A stretch of 64,000 nucleotides of DNA from a virus (taxonomy: Duplodnaviria; Heunggongvirae; Uroviricota; Caudoviricetes): IMG/VR virus record IMGVR_UViG_3300031555_004162, positions 14,478 to 78,477 of that record, one strand, 5' to 3'. Numbering within the stretch: the first letter of the stretch is position 1; every line of letters begins with the position of its first letter. Of this stretch, positions 19,823-29,817 are shown piece after piece. Under the pieces are notes generated by a model. That model saw only the letters and a list, made by a program, of their open reading frames with translations. It had not been told where the DNA came from and did no database searches. The position numbers and the translations under genes were made by a program.

Positions 19823-20231
19823 GATTTAATTCTCCTTCAATAGTATTATTTTCATTCCACCAATCTCTAAAATCAGTAGCATCTAATTCATCCATTAATG
19901 TTTTTATTTTTATATTAACAGATTGTGCATACACATGAACTGATTCATTATAGGTAACTTTTGTAAATTTAGGAATAACCCACTGCATGGTTTTTGAACA
20001 ATCATCATATTTAAATAGCATGTGATTTAACACTTTATTATCTATACGCTCTAAATGATACATATATCGTTCTACATATTTATCTCTTGCATCATTTATA
20101 CTAGATGCATAAATAATTCGAGTATTATATGTAAAATAGTCCATATATTCTAATTTTTTCTTTTTTCTTATCAATGTTAATTTTTCATAAGTAAGAGTTA
20201 CTTTAGTAGTAACGCAATATAATCTTTTCAT
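19806..20231 (-). CDS. hypothetical protein
   Basis: 141-aa ORF. Confidence 0.45.
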   Translation of the reverse strand: MKRLYCVTTKVTLTYEKLTLIRKKKKLEYMDYFTYNTRIIYASSINDARDKYVERYMYHLERIDNKVLNHMLFKYDDCSKTMQWVIPKFTKVTYNESVHVYAQSVNIKIKTLMDELDATDFRDWWNENNTIEGELNHEIEI

Positions 20232-20272
20232 GTTATTTCTCCATATTATTATACTGATTTTAAAATCTTCTA

Positions 20273-20860
20273 TTAGTTATTTTTCATATAATATACACGC
20301 TTAATCTTTTTATTTTTATCTACATCTACAATTTTAACATAAACTGTATCTTCAAATTCTTCACCAAATTGTTTTATATAATACAAATCATGTTGTTTAT
20401 TAGTGAGTACTTCGTGAAAAATACAGTCACTGTTTATATCTTGCCCACAATAATGAATTAAATCATTGACCGTTTTACATTGGAGTTTGGCTCTTACTGT
20501 TATTGAACAATCAGAGCCATAATGTACAGACTCAATAATATAGTCTTTCCATTTCTCTGATTCTTTAAGCACCTGTGTAATAGTTATATCTGCAAAACAA
20601 TCTTTATCTAGACCTTTTTTCATACCTCGGTACATATATGGACGCCTAATAAGGAGTGTATGAAAATTATCGCATGTATTTTGGTCATATTCGTAAGCTC
20701 TTTTACAAAAGTCTACAAGAGATTCACCGGCATGTTCAAGAGGTTTAAACTTTATTTTCTCTTTATTTTCTGTTTCAATATAATTAATAAGTATTCTTTC
20801 TACATCAGAAGATGTAAATTTTCTACCTTTAACTATAAAGTCATTATCTCTAATAATCAT
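20273..20860 (-). CDS. hypothetical protein
   Basis: 195-aa ORF. Confidence 0.5.
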   Translation of the reverse strand: MIIRDNDFIVKGRKFTSSDVERILINYIETENKEKIKFKPLEHAGESLVDFCKRAYEYDQNTCDNFHTLLIRRPYMYRGMKKGLDKDCFADITITQVLKESEKWKDYIIESVHYGSDCSITVRAKLQCKTVNDLIHYCGQDINSDCIFHEVLTNKQHDLYYIKQFGEEFEDTVYVKIVDVDKNKKIKRVYYMKNN

Positions 20861-21201
20861 TCTGCCACCGTCCCATATCTTTTTCCAAGGTCATTTAATG
20901 TATCTACCAATTTAGGAGGTACTCCTACCAATCTTACCGGACCGAAATATCCTTCATAAAATCTATGTCTTCCCCAAGTACAATATAACTTATGCTCTTT
21001 ATCATATCGAGCAATAAGAGGTTTAGTTACATAATGTCCATCATCTGTTATACAATGAATTTGTAAAGTCATCGCTGGTCTTTCACCGTATTTACCAGGA
21101 ATATCACATCTTGTAACATGTACAATGTGTAATGGATATAACTGAGAAGATGACTCATTATAACAATTGGACACCTGATAAATAGGTATATCATTACACA
21201 T
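20857..21201 (-). CDS. hypothetical protein
   Basis: 114-aa ORF. Confidence 0.45.
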   Translation of the reverse strand: MCNDIPIYQVSNCYNESSSQLYPLHIVHVTRCDIPGKYGERPAMTLQIHCITDDGHYVTKPLIARYDKEHKLYCTWGRHRFYEGYFGPVRLVGVPPKLVDTLNDLGKRYGTVAE

Positions 21202-21285
21202 TAAACATCATGCCTCCTTTTTTATATCTACTCTTTAACAATATGTTCGATTATCTCTACACTAAGATTTTCATATTATTTAAAT

Positions 21286-21516
21286 TTATCTCTTCTTCCA
21301 ATTATGTTCTGTTTTTACTATTCTTTTCTTACAATATCTACAATTGCTTACGTGACCTATAGACTCGTTTTGCCATTCTTCAGGCACGCATTGATGTAAC
21401 ATATCATGAAAAAATATTTTAAACCAACCCAATTGTACATATCCAATATATAGTACATTTATAAATGGAATACCAAGCATTATAGCAATTAACAAACCTA
21501 CAAATAATCTAATCAC
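21286..21516 (-). CDS. small membrane protein
   Basis: N-terminal TM helix. Confidence 0.4.
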   Translation of the reverse strand: MIRLFVGLLIAIMLGIPFINVLYIGYVQLGWFKIFFHDMLHQCVPEEWQNESIGHVSNCRYCKKRIVKTEHNWKKR

Positions 21517-21580
21517 CTATTATCACTTCTTTCCACGCTCAATATTAATATATAACTTTATTCTTTTGTCCGTAGGTTAA

Positions 21581-21832
21581 TTATACCTCTTTATCGTTAT
21601 ATATTTCTCCAACCACACCTATTATTCTACCAATGAGTTGCCAATCTAATACTTTAGCTACATCGTTTAATTCAAGCAATTGAGCTATACTAAGTTTATT
21701 GAGATATTCTGCAATGATATCTATATTAGGTACATCATCTAAATTCATGCTATAGAATATCTTATCTCTCAGTTCATTCTTCAATCGTCTATTAATTTCG
21801 TCATTCATTCCTGTATATACCAAATTGGTCAT
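21581..21832 (-). CDS. hypothetical protein
   Basis: 83-aa ORF. Confidence 0.4.
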   Translation of the reverse strand: MTNLVYTGMNDEINRRLKNELRDKIFYSMNLDDVPNIDIIAEYLNKLSIAQLLELNDVAKVLDWQLIGRIIGVVGEIYNDKEV

Positions 21833-21870
21833 AAAATCACCTTCTAATCACTTTACATTAAAAATTATAT

Positions 21871-22104
21871 TTATTTTCTTTTTGGAATAAATGTGCATCT
21901 ATCTTTCATTACATCTAATAATATTCCTGCAGTAACTGTTTCGGAAACATATTCCCATTTACCATACACTTTTTTATATAAAGCAAAACTATATATATCA
22001 TCTAATTCAAATTTATATGTTTTACTTGTAATATCATCGCCATATTTTATAACAAATTCATCACCATATTTTATACAAAATGAATTTAAAATATTATTCA
22101 GCAT
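21871..22104 (-). CDS. hypothetical protein
   Basis: 77-aa ORF. Confidence 0.4.
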   Translation of the reverse strand: MLNNILNSFCIKYGDEFVIKYGDDITSKTYKFELDDIYSFALYKKVYGKWEYVSETVTAGILLDVMKDRCTFIPKRK

Positions 22105-22117
22105 ATTAATATCTCCT

Positions 22118-22378
22118 TCACATAATTTTTATATTAAGTAATAATTCTTCTAAAAAATCTTTCAATAAACTGTCTCTCATATCATCTAAAGTATCACAAC
22201 TTAAACCCCATGAAGTATGTTTATTATTCATTTCATATAAATCATAATTATTATCATAACATTTACAACGAAATATAAAATTATCGCCGTCTGAATTAGT
22301 AACTTTTACAATAGTTCCAGGTGTAATATCATAAATAGTATTTACTATTCTTAATATTTTATTCTTATGAGACTCCAT
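22118..22378 (-). CDS. hypothetical protein
   Basis: Start trimmed to MESHKN, which has AGAGGAAA upstream. Confidence 0.4.
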   Translation of the reverse strand: MESHKNKILRIVNTIYDITPGTIVKVTNSDGDNFIFRCKCYDNNYDLYEMNNKHTSWGLSCDTLDDMRDSLLKDFLEELLLNIKIM

Positions 22379-22429
22379 ATAATTTCCTCTTTTCAATTTA
22401 ATATAATAAATTAGCACGACTATTATTAT

Positions 22430-23029
22430 TTATTGTTTATCTATGAACATTTTATTTTCCAAAGAAACACCTTCAGATACTTTAATACTATTAGGAACAT
22501 AATGATAAAATTCATGAATCATAGATTCTGCATCAGCTTGAGTATAAGCTATAACATTGGTTGTTTTAGTTAAAGGAAATCCATCAACTTTACTTTTTTC
22601 ATATTTAGAATCCCAGGTCACTGTAAACAATTTTAACTCAGGTTGTACAACTTTAGAATATATAGTTTCTGTATCACATACATTTGCATTAGGGTGGGTT
22701 GTATCACAATGATAACAAGTGATATCATCTCCTTCATCCCAAATAGTTAACACTCCGAGTAATAATCCGCATTTAGGACATCTATATACTCTTTCTGTTT
22801 TCTTTAATATATTAATATCAACTAAACTATCTAATATAGGTGTAGCATTTTCAGGTGATAAATCCATATATTTTGCAAATTGACTTATTCTGATTTTATC
22901 ATTTTCACCACATTCACTTATAAATCTTATAACTCTAGATAAACGTTTTAATGAATGTACATTATCCTGCATAGATGCTGTTATTGATGATAAATTTCCA
23001 AGTAATTGTATCATTTGTTCTTTTTGCAT
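22430..23029 (-). CDS. putative DNA-binding protein (winged-helix-like segment plus zinc ribbon)
   Basis: ISQFAKYMDLSPENATPILDSLVDINILKK followed by CPKCG...CYHC. Confidence 0.4.
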   Translation of the reverse strand: MQKEQMIQLLGNLSSITASMQDNVHSLKRLSRVIRFISECGENDKIRISQFAKYMDLSPENATPILDSLVDINILKKTERVYRCPKCGLLLGVLTIWDEGDDITCYHCDTTHPNANVCDTETIYSKVVQPELKLFTVTWDSKYEKSKVDGFPLTKTTNVIAYTQADAESMIHEFYHYVPNSIKVSEGVSLENKMFIDKQ

Positions 23030-23250
23030 AACGTCAACAACCTTTCCTTATCCTGAATATATGAATTTAATTCCATATCTAATAATTTTACTTCACTCAT
23101 TAAATAACTTAAAATTCTAAAACTATCATAATTTGAATCATTAATTGAAGTTTTCTTTATTTGAGTTATTTTGGTTTTAATGTTTATAAGTTTTTTATTT
23201 ATTGATTTTATTCTTATACTAACATAGAAAAGCTTTATTCGATTTATCAT
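23011..23250 (-). CDS. hypothetical small protein
   Basis: 79-aa ORF. Confidence 0.35.
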   Translation of the reverse strand: MINRIKLFYVSIRIKSINKKLINIKTKITQIKKTSINDSNYDSFRILSYLMSEVKLLDMELNSYIQDKERLLTLCKKNK

Positions 23251-23266
23251 ATATGTACTCCTTTAA

Positions 23267-23560
23267 TTATTCTAATTTATCTATATGAATTTCATGAGCA
23301 TGTTGCAATGATTCATATATCATTGTTAATATAGACTCCCATCCTAATATATTAGCATCATCTATATAAGAATGTAATAATTCATAATGACATCCATTTA
23401 TGTAATCTTTTACATCAGTCATTGAATACATTCCTGAATGTATTATATCTACACTTACAAGTTTACCAATTACATATGATCTTAAATCAGATATAACTAA
23501 ATCTCTCATATGACATTTTACACTTCTTCTGTGATTTAATTTATTTAAATCCAATTTCAT
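23267..23560 (-). CDS. hypothetical protein
   Basis: 97-aa ORF. Confidence 0.4.
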   Translation of the reverse strand: MKLDLNKLNHRRSVKCHMRDLVISDLRSYVIGKLVSVDIIHSGMYSMTDVKDYINGCHYELLHSYIDDANILGWESILTMIYESLQHAHEIHIDKLE

Positions 23561-23637
23561 ATAATAACCTCCAATATAAATCTATTTGTAAATTTATTTA
23601 AAGTCATCTGTGTTAGTTTTTTAATTCAGAAAACCAT

Positions 23638-23808
23638 TTAAATGTTAATAGATATTCTATTTAATTCTGATTCTAAATATTTTACTTTATTCAACATAAA
23701 TCTATATTCGTATGGCAAATACAATTTACCAGAATTTAAACAACCTTTTAATTTTTGTATTTTCTTTTTTATAACAAATGATTTAAATAAATAATAAATT
23801 TTTTTCAT
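23638..23808 (-). CDS. small ORF (56 aa)
   Basis: ATG preceded by AAAGGAG 9 nt upstream; fills an otherwise empty gap. Confidence 0.3.
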   Translation of the reverse strand: MKKIYYLFKSFVIKKKIQKLKGCLNSGKLYLPYEYRFMLNKVKYLESELNRISINI

Positions 23809-23812
23809 GATA

Positions 23813-23998
23813 TTACTCCTTTGTATTTTCTACTTCTTGAATATCTATATCATACAGCTTTCCTACAAAAGTTCTATTATTACTTATAAATTCTCTTACT
23901 TTCTTTTTATTATTTTCTACTATAACTTCTGTCACTTCTTTGTGCTTGTTATTATCGTCTAATATTGTGTATTTACATTTAAACGTCTTCATAATCAT
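23813..23998 (-). CDS. hypothetical small protein
   Basis: 61-aa ORF. Confidence 0.35.
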   Translation of the reverse strand: MIMKTFKCKYTILDDNNKHKEVTEVIVENNKKKVREFISNNRTFVGKLYDIDIQEVENTKE

Positions 23999-24010
23999 TT
24001 CCTCCTTTAG

Positions 24011-24208
24011 TTAGTTAATATCATTTAAATCACTTACTATCTTTCTTATCTTTTTTGATGTAATAGTTAATCTATAATACAGTTTATTTATCATGTTATA
24101 ATTAACAGCTGTTACTGATGTATATTCTAATTTATGTAAGGTGAATTCATATTTTTTTCTTAATCTGTTATATCTATGTTGCAGCCATATTCGTTTTACT
24201 TTATTCAT
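24011..24208 (-). CDS. hypothetical small protein
   Basis: 65-aa ORF. Confidence 0.35.
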   Translation of the reverse strand: MNKVKRIWLQHRYNRLRKKYEFTLHKLEYTSVTAVNYNMINKLYYRLTITSKKIRKIVSDLNDIN

Positions 24209-24272
24209 TGTTTACTCCAATCATTATAATATCTAGACTATCTTCTTCTATATATTATAATTAAATATCGCT

Positions 24273-24710
24273 TTAAATATTATTTATTTCTTTTGCGACT
24301 AATTTGTATTTAAAATTATCATTTTTATATAATAACTGAATTGTTTGTAAAGCTTCATCATAACTCATCAGTTTTGCCTTTTCTTTATCTCTGGTCCAAA
24401 TAACTTCATTGCAATCATTTAAATTAACATTTTGAAATATAGATTGTATATTAAACAAATATAAAATTTCATCTGTATTAGCAGTATTCACTACGCAATA
24501 TGATTTACCTTCTTTTTCTTCTATTGGTTCATCATTTATATTATTTTTCAATATTAGTTGTTTTATGTTATTCAATATATTTAATGTTTTATTGAGTGAC
24601 TCTAATTCAGTTTGAGCAACATTAGGTTTAACCATTGCTCTTTCAATAGATATGTTTATCTTTTTTAATTGTTTATTTATATAATTAAGTTCTTCATTAA
24701 AATTTATCAT
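24273..24710 (-). CDS. hypothetical protein
   Basis: 145-aa ORF. Confidence 0.45.
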   Translation of the reverse strand: MINFNEELNYINKQLKKINISIERAMVKPNVAQTELESLNKTLNILNNIKQLILKNNINDEPIEEKEGKSYCVVNTANTDEILYLFNIQSIFQNVNLNDCNEVIWTRDKEKAKLMSYDEALQTIQLLYKNDNFKYKLVAKEINNI

Positions 24711-24736
24711 TTTTTATTCCTCCACATAATAATTAT

Positions 24737-24937
24737 TTATATTCTTTCCCACCAATTTTCAGGAATTTTATAGTGCCATTTACAATTAGAACAATTTTCT
24801 TTATTTTTACAATTAAGACAAATGATGTTTGAAGCTTCCTGTAATAAACTTGCTATATCTAATAGAATACCTGAATCAGGAGGACTAACATCATCAAAAT
24901 CTTTTTCTAAATAATTTATTGCTTCTTCAACTTTCAT
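24737..24937 (-). CDS. zinc-ribbon protein
   Basis: CLNCKNKENCSNCKWH. Confidence 0.4.
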   Translation of the reverse strand: MKVEEAINYLEKDFDDVSPPDSGILLDIASLLQEASNIICLNCKNKENCSNCKWHYKIPENWWERI

Positions 24938-25148
24938 GTTTTTCTCTATATTCCTTTATATCATTTTCTGATATGCCCAAAACAGCACTTATTCCATCCA
25001 GCATAGAGTCAGTTAATATTTTACTTACCTCTGCTACGGTAATTCTTCTAACAAGATATTCTGTTCCATCTTTTATTGTTATTACATCAAAATAAATTCC
25101 GTCAATCATTGTTTCTTTCTCCTTAATAAATATAATTAATTTTAGCAT
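24927..25148 (-). CDS. hypothetical protein
   Basis: 73-aa ORF. Confidence 0.4.
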   Translation of the reverse strand: MLKLIIFIKEKETMIDGIYFDVITIKDGTEYLVRRITVAEVSKILTDSMLDGISAVLGISENDIKEYREKHES

Positions 25149-25671
25149 CTATTTTTATTTTTCTAATAGATACTTTCATCTTACTATATATTTTGGCTTG
25201 TCTTGCTTGTTCTTCAGCTTCAACCTCTCTATTATACAATATAGCATCTTTAATATCGGTAGATAAAAACGTATCAAAACTTTTTACATCTTTTTGACTA
25301 AAATATTTTAACATTCCATGTTCCACCGTTGTAAGAATATATCTTGTCATCTCTGTATTAATATTACCTGAAGATACTTCTCTTGGAATTAATTCTACTT
25401 TATCCATAAGATATTGTCTATTTGTTTCTGAAAGCCAAAGATTAATAAGCCCATAAGTTTTAGAATCTTCAACCACTAATTTTTCAATAGGCTTAATAAA
25501 TCTTTGTATGCCATTTAAAAATTTAGAATTAATGGTTTCTATTTCGTATTCTTGAATAGTATGTTTAGCATCATCAATTGTCTTACACCATACTACTTCA
25601 TCAAGATTATTTTGAAGATTAGGTACTTCATTTGATATCCAAATTGTTTGTGTATGTTCTATAGTATTCAT
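25123..25671 (-). CDS. hypothetical protein
   Basis: 182-aa ORF. Confidence 0.45.
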   Translation of the reverse strand: MNTIEHTQTIWISNEVPNLQNNLDEVVWCKTIDDAKHTIQEYEIETINSKFLNGIQRFIKPIEKLVVEDSKTYGLINLWLSETNRQYLMDKVELIPREVSSGNINTEMTRYILTTVEHGMLKYFSQKDVKSFDTFLSTDIKDAILYNREVEAEEQARQAKIYSKMKVSIRKIKIDAKINYIY

Positions 25672-25938
25672 TTAATTAAGTCCCCATTTCTTATAAAATT
25701 TATTTAAATCATCGTCTGTAATTTTAATTTTATGTCTAATAAAGTCGCTAGTTACATCATTCATTGCTTCTTTTATTTCATTTATAGTTTTAAACACTTT
25801 TCTTAAACGTCCGTTACTATCAAATGCATACCGCTCATTGAGAGTAACAATATACAATGGATTTGTTTTATAAATAACAACTTCTATCTTTTTAACTCGT
25901 TTATCATCTTTATATAAATCACGCATTAACATTAACAA
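25672..25938 (-). CDS. hypothetical protein
   Basis: 88-aa ORF. Confidence 0.4.
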   Translation of the reverse strand: MLMLMRDLYKDDKRVKKIEVVIYKTNPLYIVTLNERYAFDSNGRLRKVFKTINEIKEAMNDVTSDFIRHKIKITDDDLNKFYKKWGLN

Positions 25939-25944
25939 ACACCT

Positions 25945-26298
25945 CTAATTTATTTCCATCCAACCATTCCGTTGAATAATCATCCTCATGTTTTGAACTC
26001 CTACTGGATTCATGCTATGAATTCTAATAGGATAGTTACGTTTAGTTCCTTCAAGCCATTTGAGAAGTTCAATATAATTACCTCCTTGTGATACATACTC
26101 TCCAGCATCATGGTCTATATCTATAACTTCTAATTCAGTTAGTGGGAATTTTAACCCCCATGATTCTTCTTTTATATATCTATTTTCATTTTCCATCTTC
26201 ATAATGATAGACTTTGCTTTGTTCACGGTCTTTACCCAAACATACCCTTTTGGTGCAGGCCTTATATCATCAACCCAAATCTTCATAATTTTCCTCAC
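25945..26298 (-). CDS. hypothetical protein
   Basis: 117-aa ORF. Confidence 0.45.
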   Translation of the reverse strand: MRKIMKIWVDDIRPAPKGYVWVKTVNKAKSIIMKMENENRYIKEESWGLKFPLTELEVIDIDHDAGEYVSQGGNYIELLKWLEGTKRNYPIRIHSMNPVGVQNMRMIIQRNGWMEIN

Positions 26299-26476
26299 AT
26301 ACTTTTAATCTATCACATTTATCTACACTTTTACATATGCATTTAGGTTTACTGTCTACTTCATTAATATATGCTCTCAATGTGCATGCATATACTCCTA
26401 CAGCATGCGGTATTAATTCTGAAAATAAACAATCTCTTGGAGTTTCAGGTAATTTATCTACAACTATTTTCATCAT
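26270..26476 (-). CDS. Cys-rich small protein
   Basis: 68-aa ORF. Confidence 0.35.
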   Translation of the reverse strand: MMKIVVDKLPETPRDCLFSELIPHAVGVYACTLRAYINEVDSKPKCICKSVDKCDRLKVCEENYEDLG

Positions 26477-26478
26477 AC

Positions 26479-27183
26479 TTATCCTCCAACGTTATTTTCA
26501 GCCATATCTTCTAAAATCATTTTAGCAAATTCTTCATGCTGTTTTATAGTTAACATTTTGTTACATGTGTTTGTTCGTCCACAATGTTTATACCAATTAA
26601 TCATGGTACCTGATAGTTTATGAAGAATATACCACTCATCATTATTATACCAACCTTTAAAGTCATCTGTTTCATACCAAGATTCATTCATAAGAACTTC
26701 TGAAACATCTCCATATATTCTTACAAACTCATCTCTATCTAAACCATATTGAGGAAGTGTTTCGAATGGACTTTCAGAATTAGCTGTTCTAAGAAGCACA
26801 TTATATCGTTTTTTAAAATCTTCAAAAGTTTTCAATTTATCTTTATATTGATGTTCAATAGCTGTTACTACAGACATTTCTAAATCATTAGCAATACTTG
26901 TTAACGTTATTGCAGCAATGTACATATTATCTACAAATTTCCAAAGGTCTGAATCTTTACACGATGTCCAACCATACATACCGATATATTTCTTTTTACA
27001 TATAATCTGCTTTAAAACATTTTCGGCTTCATTAAAACTTTCATATATTGTAGCATCTCCCAAATTCACAGGAAATTTAATATGTTGAACTTTAAATTCT
27101 TTTTCAGATTTAGCTCCACTTCTTATTTCATATCCGTATACATTTACGAACTCAGTGTCATTTATTGCAATCACATATGACAT
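26479..27183 (-). CDS. hypothetical protein
   Basis: 234-aa ORF. Confidence 0.5.
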   Translation of the reverse strand: MSYVIAINDTEFVNVYGYEIRSGAKSEKEFKVQHIKFPVNLGDATIYESFNEAENVLKQIICKKKYIGMYGWTSCKDSDLWKFVDNMYIAAITLTSIANDLEMSVVTAIEHQYKDKLKTFEDFKKRYNVLLRTANSESPFETLPQYGLDRDEFVRIYGDVSEVLMNESWYETDDFKGWYNNDEWYILHKLSGTMINWYKHCGRTNTCNKMLTIKQHEEFAKMILEDMAENNVGG

Positions 27184-27400
27184 CGTATTCTTTACCTCCT
27201 ATAATTTTTTTAATAAACCATCTTTCAGGACCAGGATTAAATCCAATAATGTATTCTTCATCATTCATATAAACTCTCTTTTTATATTCAAAAGTTAAAG
27301 CATTGCTATTATGAAAAATATCTCCAACATTTCTAAATACCCAAGGAAGTGGTTGATGATAATTATTAGTCAATTCATTTGCAAATATAATGTATCTCAT
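27158..27400 (-). CDS. hypothetical protein
   Basis: 80-aa ORF. Confidence 0.4.
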   Translation of the reverse strand: MRYIIFANELTNNYHQPLPWVFRNVGDIFHNSNALTFEYKKRVYMNDEEYIIGFNPGPERWFIKKIIGGKEYDVICDCNK

Positions 27401-27414
27401 TTTTTGACCTCCAA

Positions 27415-27597
27415 TTATTTCTTAGACACCCATGTTTCAGAGTCTAATAAGATTACATTTTGTACTATTAACTCATCATTTTCAGAAATAATTACTAGAT
27501 TTCCATCTGTATAATACCAATGGGTAACGTTGTCAAAAATATCTTTATGAATTTCACATTCAGAATAATAAGTAATTTTTAAAGTCATTTTTACCAC
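27415..27597 (-). CDS. hypothetical small protein
   Basis: 60-aa ORF. Confidence 0.35.
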   Translation of the reverse strand: MVKMTLKITYYSECEIHKDIFDNVTHWYYTDGNLVIISENDELIVQNVILLDSETWVSKK

Positions 27598-28025
27598 TCC
27601 ATATCTAAAAGTTTGAAAATATATTTATTGAGATGTAAATCGTCATCGGTGATTTTATCATATACCACCATTCCAATTAAAGCTGATGCTAAACTATGAA
27701 ATGCTCTCGAAATTGATTTATATTTAATATGTGGATAATATAAACCATCTTCACCTTTAATAATCTGGTATCTATTACTAATAGCAATATATTCATCAAC
27801 TTTATGAAAACGTCTAAATTCCGAAACAGCATATTCTTTACCGTTAGCTGAACCAGCAATTTTTACTTCATCTTCCGGATTTTCAACAGTTGCTAATTCT
27901 TCTTCATAATAAGAGCCATAACCTGCAGGATAAAACTTATAAATCGTATTTCCATTATGTTTCTTTTCAATAAGTTTTCCAACTTTATCTTTATATACTA
28001 CTATATCTTTATAAATATTATCCAT
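27591..28025 (-). CDS. hypothetical protein
   Basis: 144-aa ORF. Confidence 0.45.
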   Translation of the reverse strand: MDNIYKDIVVYKDKVGKLIEKKHNGNTIYKFYPAGYGSYYEEELATVENPEDEVKIAGSANGKEYAVSEFRRFHKVDEYIAISNRYQIIKGEDGLYYPHIKYKSISRAFHSLASALIGMVVYDKITDDDLHLNKYIFKLLDMEW

Positions 28026-28551
28026 TCAATGCACTCTCCATTTCATCTAATTCATGCACTATCTGTTCATATAACTCATTATTTATAATCTGTTTAATAT
28101 CTAAATTATTATCAAAGAATTTATTTTTTACATTGATAAATAAATCTATAATAGCTCCGTCAAAATTAAATCCAAATGCTCTTTCAGCCTCTATAGGTGA
28201 TACTAATCTCGATAAACAAAGTAAATAATTCAATATTGCAGTAATTATAATTCTTTCATCATTATTTATTTCTTTTTCTTCAGAAATAACATTATCCGGA
28301 TGAGTAAAGTAAGCATATATCTTATCATCAAGTTTAATACCACCAGGTGCAATATCAGGTTTTGTTCTTAATTCATATCTATAACCCATATTTTGAAATT
28401 TTAAAATATATTTAGCAAATGACCCACAACCGGTTTCTGTAAATTCAACATTAAATCTATGTTTATTAGCATATTCAAAATCATCTTCATCTAAAAAACA
28501 AGAGTTTACAAATAGTGTTTCATTATCTTCTAACAATTTATAATTATGCAT
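28018..28551 (-). CDS. hypothetical protein
   Basis: 177-aa ORF. Confidence 0.45.
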   Translation of the reverse strand: MHNYKLLEDNETLFVNSCFLDEDDFEYANKHRFNVEFTETGCGSFAKYILKFQNMGYRYELRTKPDIAPGGIKLDDKIYAYFTHPDNVISEEKEINNDERIIITAILNYLLCLSRLVSPIEAERAFGFNFDGAIIDLFINVKNKFFDNNLDIKQIINNELYEQIVHELDEMESALNG

Positions 28552-28553
28552 AC

Positions 28554-28895
28554 TTAAACCTCCTTAGCTTCTTCATTACATACTCTTATATAAGCATTTA
28601 ATTTATCTACTAGCTCTTTTGCTCTTTTAAGATTTTCCATAACCTTATTTTCTTCTTCCAAATTAAGAGTACCATAACCTGAAAAACAAACCGCAAATCT
28701 ATCTATAATATACTCATTCATGTTATATTCATCATTTAATAATTTACTATATATTTCAGGTTTCCACCAATTTTCTTTATTTTTATCTTCATCATCGGTA
28801 AATATTTTATTAACGTATAATTGATATCCACTGTTACGAGCATTATATCCGTATGGTTCGCACATGCTCTTAATTGTTTCTATATTATATTTCAT
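28554..28895 (-). CDS. hypothetical protein
   Basis: 113-aa ORF. Confidence 0.45.
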   Translation of the reverse strand: MKYNIETIKSMCEPYGYNARNSGYQLYVNKIFTDDEDKNKENWWKPEIYSKLLNDEYNMNEYIIDRFAVCFSGYGTLNLEEENKVMENLKRAKELVDKLNAYIRVCNEEAKEV

Positions 28896-29191
28896 TGTTT
28901 GTTCCTCCTATGCACAACTAATATTTCACCATTAATTAAATCTGTAAGATTTTTAAGTTCTTCATCAGTTTTAGCTACACGAGTATAAAATCTTACATCT
29001 GTTAATGAACCATCTTCAGCATATTCTCTGGTTGCATAAACTACATGTTCTGCTCCTGAAATTTTAAGATATTCTTCAGCTTCTTTTCTAAAATGATTTA
29101 ATTCATCCGGTAAATTACGAATAGGCATTTGACCTGTAATAATTCCTCGATTTAAACCATCGCTTTGTGTCCATCTAATCCAATTATTCAT
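28892..29191 (-). CDS. hypothetical protein
   Basis: 99-aa ORF. Confidence 0.45.
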   Translation of the reverse strand: MNNWIRWTQSDGLNRGIITGQMPIRNLPDELNHFRKEAEEYLKISGAEHVVYATREYAEDGSLTDVRFYTRVAKTDEELKNLTDLINGEILVVHRRNKQ

Positions 29192-29240
29192 AATTGCATC
29201 TCCTTTAATGAATTATTTATAATAGTTATTTACAGTTATA

Positions 29241-29269
29241 ATTATAACATAAATTTTTATAAATGTAAA
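29241..29269 (-). promoter_or_regulatory. sigma-A-like promoter (TTTACA-N17-TGTTATAAT) driving 28892..29191 and downstream genes
   Basis: On the minus strand, TTTACA at 29264-29269 and TATAAT at 29241-29246 with a 17-nt spacer; a second TGTTATAAT box lies about 60 nt upstream. Confidence 0.45.
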
Positions 29270-29350
29270 TAGATTTTTTATAATTAAATAAAAAATTGTT
29301 ATAATTATATAAAAATACAAATTATATTTATATAATTATAACAATAATAT

Positions 29351-29581
29351 TTAAATATGTTCTATAGAAGAATTATCTTTAAAAAAATCAACCAATATAT
29401 TTCTTACATATAAATCTTTTTTGTAATATGAATCATATCCTTTTTCTTTAGCCTTTTTATTTTTATGTACATAATATTCATTCCATACTTTATCTAACGC
29501 TTCTTTTTTAGAATTTGCTTTTACTATATATTTATCATTATCACCACAAGGAACTATACATTCTACCAAATAAATACTCAC
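29351..29581 (-). CDS. hypothetical protein
   Basis: 76-aa ORF. Confidence 0.4.
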   Translation of the reverse strand: MSIYLVECIVPCGDNDKYIVKANSKKEALDKVWNEYYVHKNKKAKEKGYDSYYKKDLYVRNILVDFFKDNSSIEHI

Positions 29582-29587
29582 TCATAT

Positions 29588-29815
29588 TCACTCCTAACTA
29601 ATCTATAAAATAAACAGTTTTACCTTTTTCATATGCTAATGCTATATTTTTAACTAGTGTTTCAGCTTCTTTAGATGAATTAAATGAACCTATAATGGCT
29701 CTATTTGAATTATAGTCACTAAATGCTCTAACATCTACATGATTTTCATTTTCCTCAATTGTAATAGAAAATTATCATAATTTATGTCTTTTCCATATTT
29801 TAAACTTATTACTCT
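29588..29815 (-). pseudogene. frameshifted small gene (about 77 codons across two frames)
   Basis: ATG at 29815 with AGGAGA 7 nt upstream and a TAATG overlap with the upstream stop. After 27 codons a stop appears inside an A-rich run (gaaaatgaaaatcatg), and the reading continues for about 50 codons in another frame to a stop near 29588. Confidence 0.3.
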
Positions 29816-29817
29816 CA

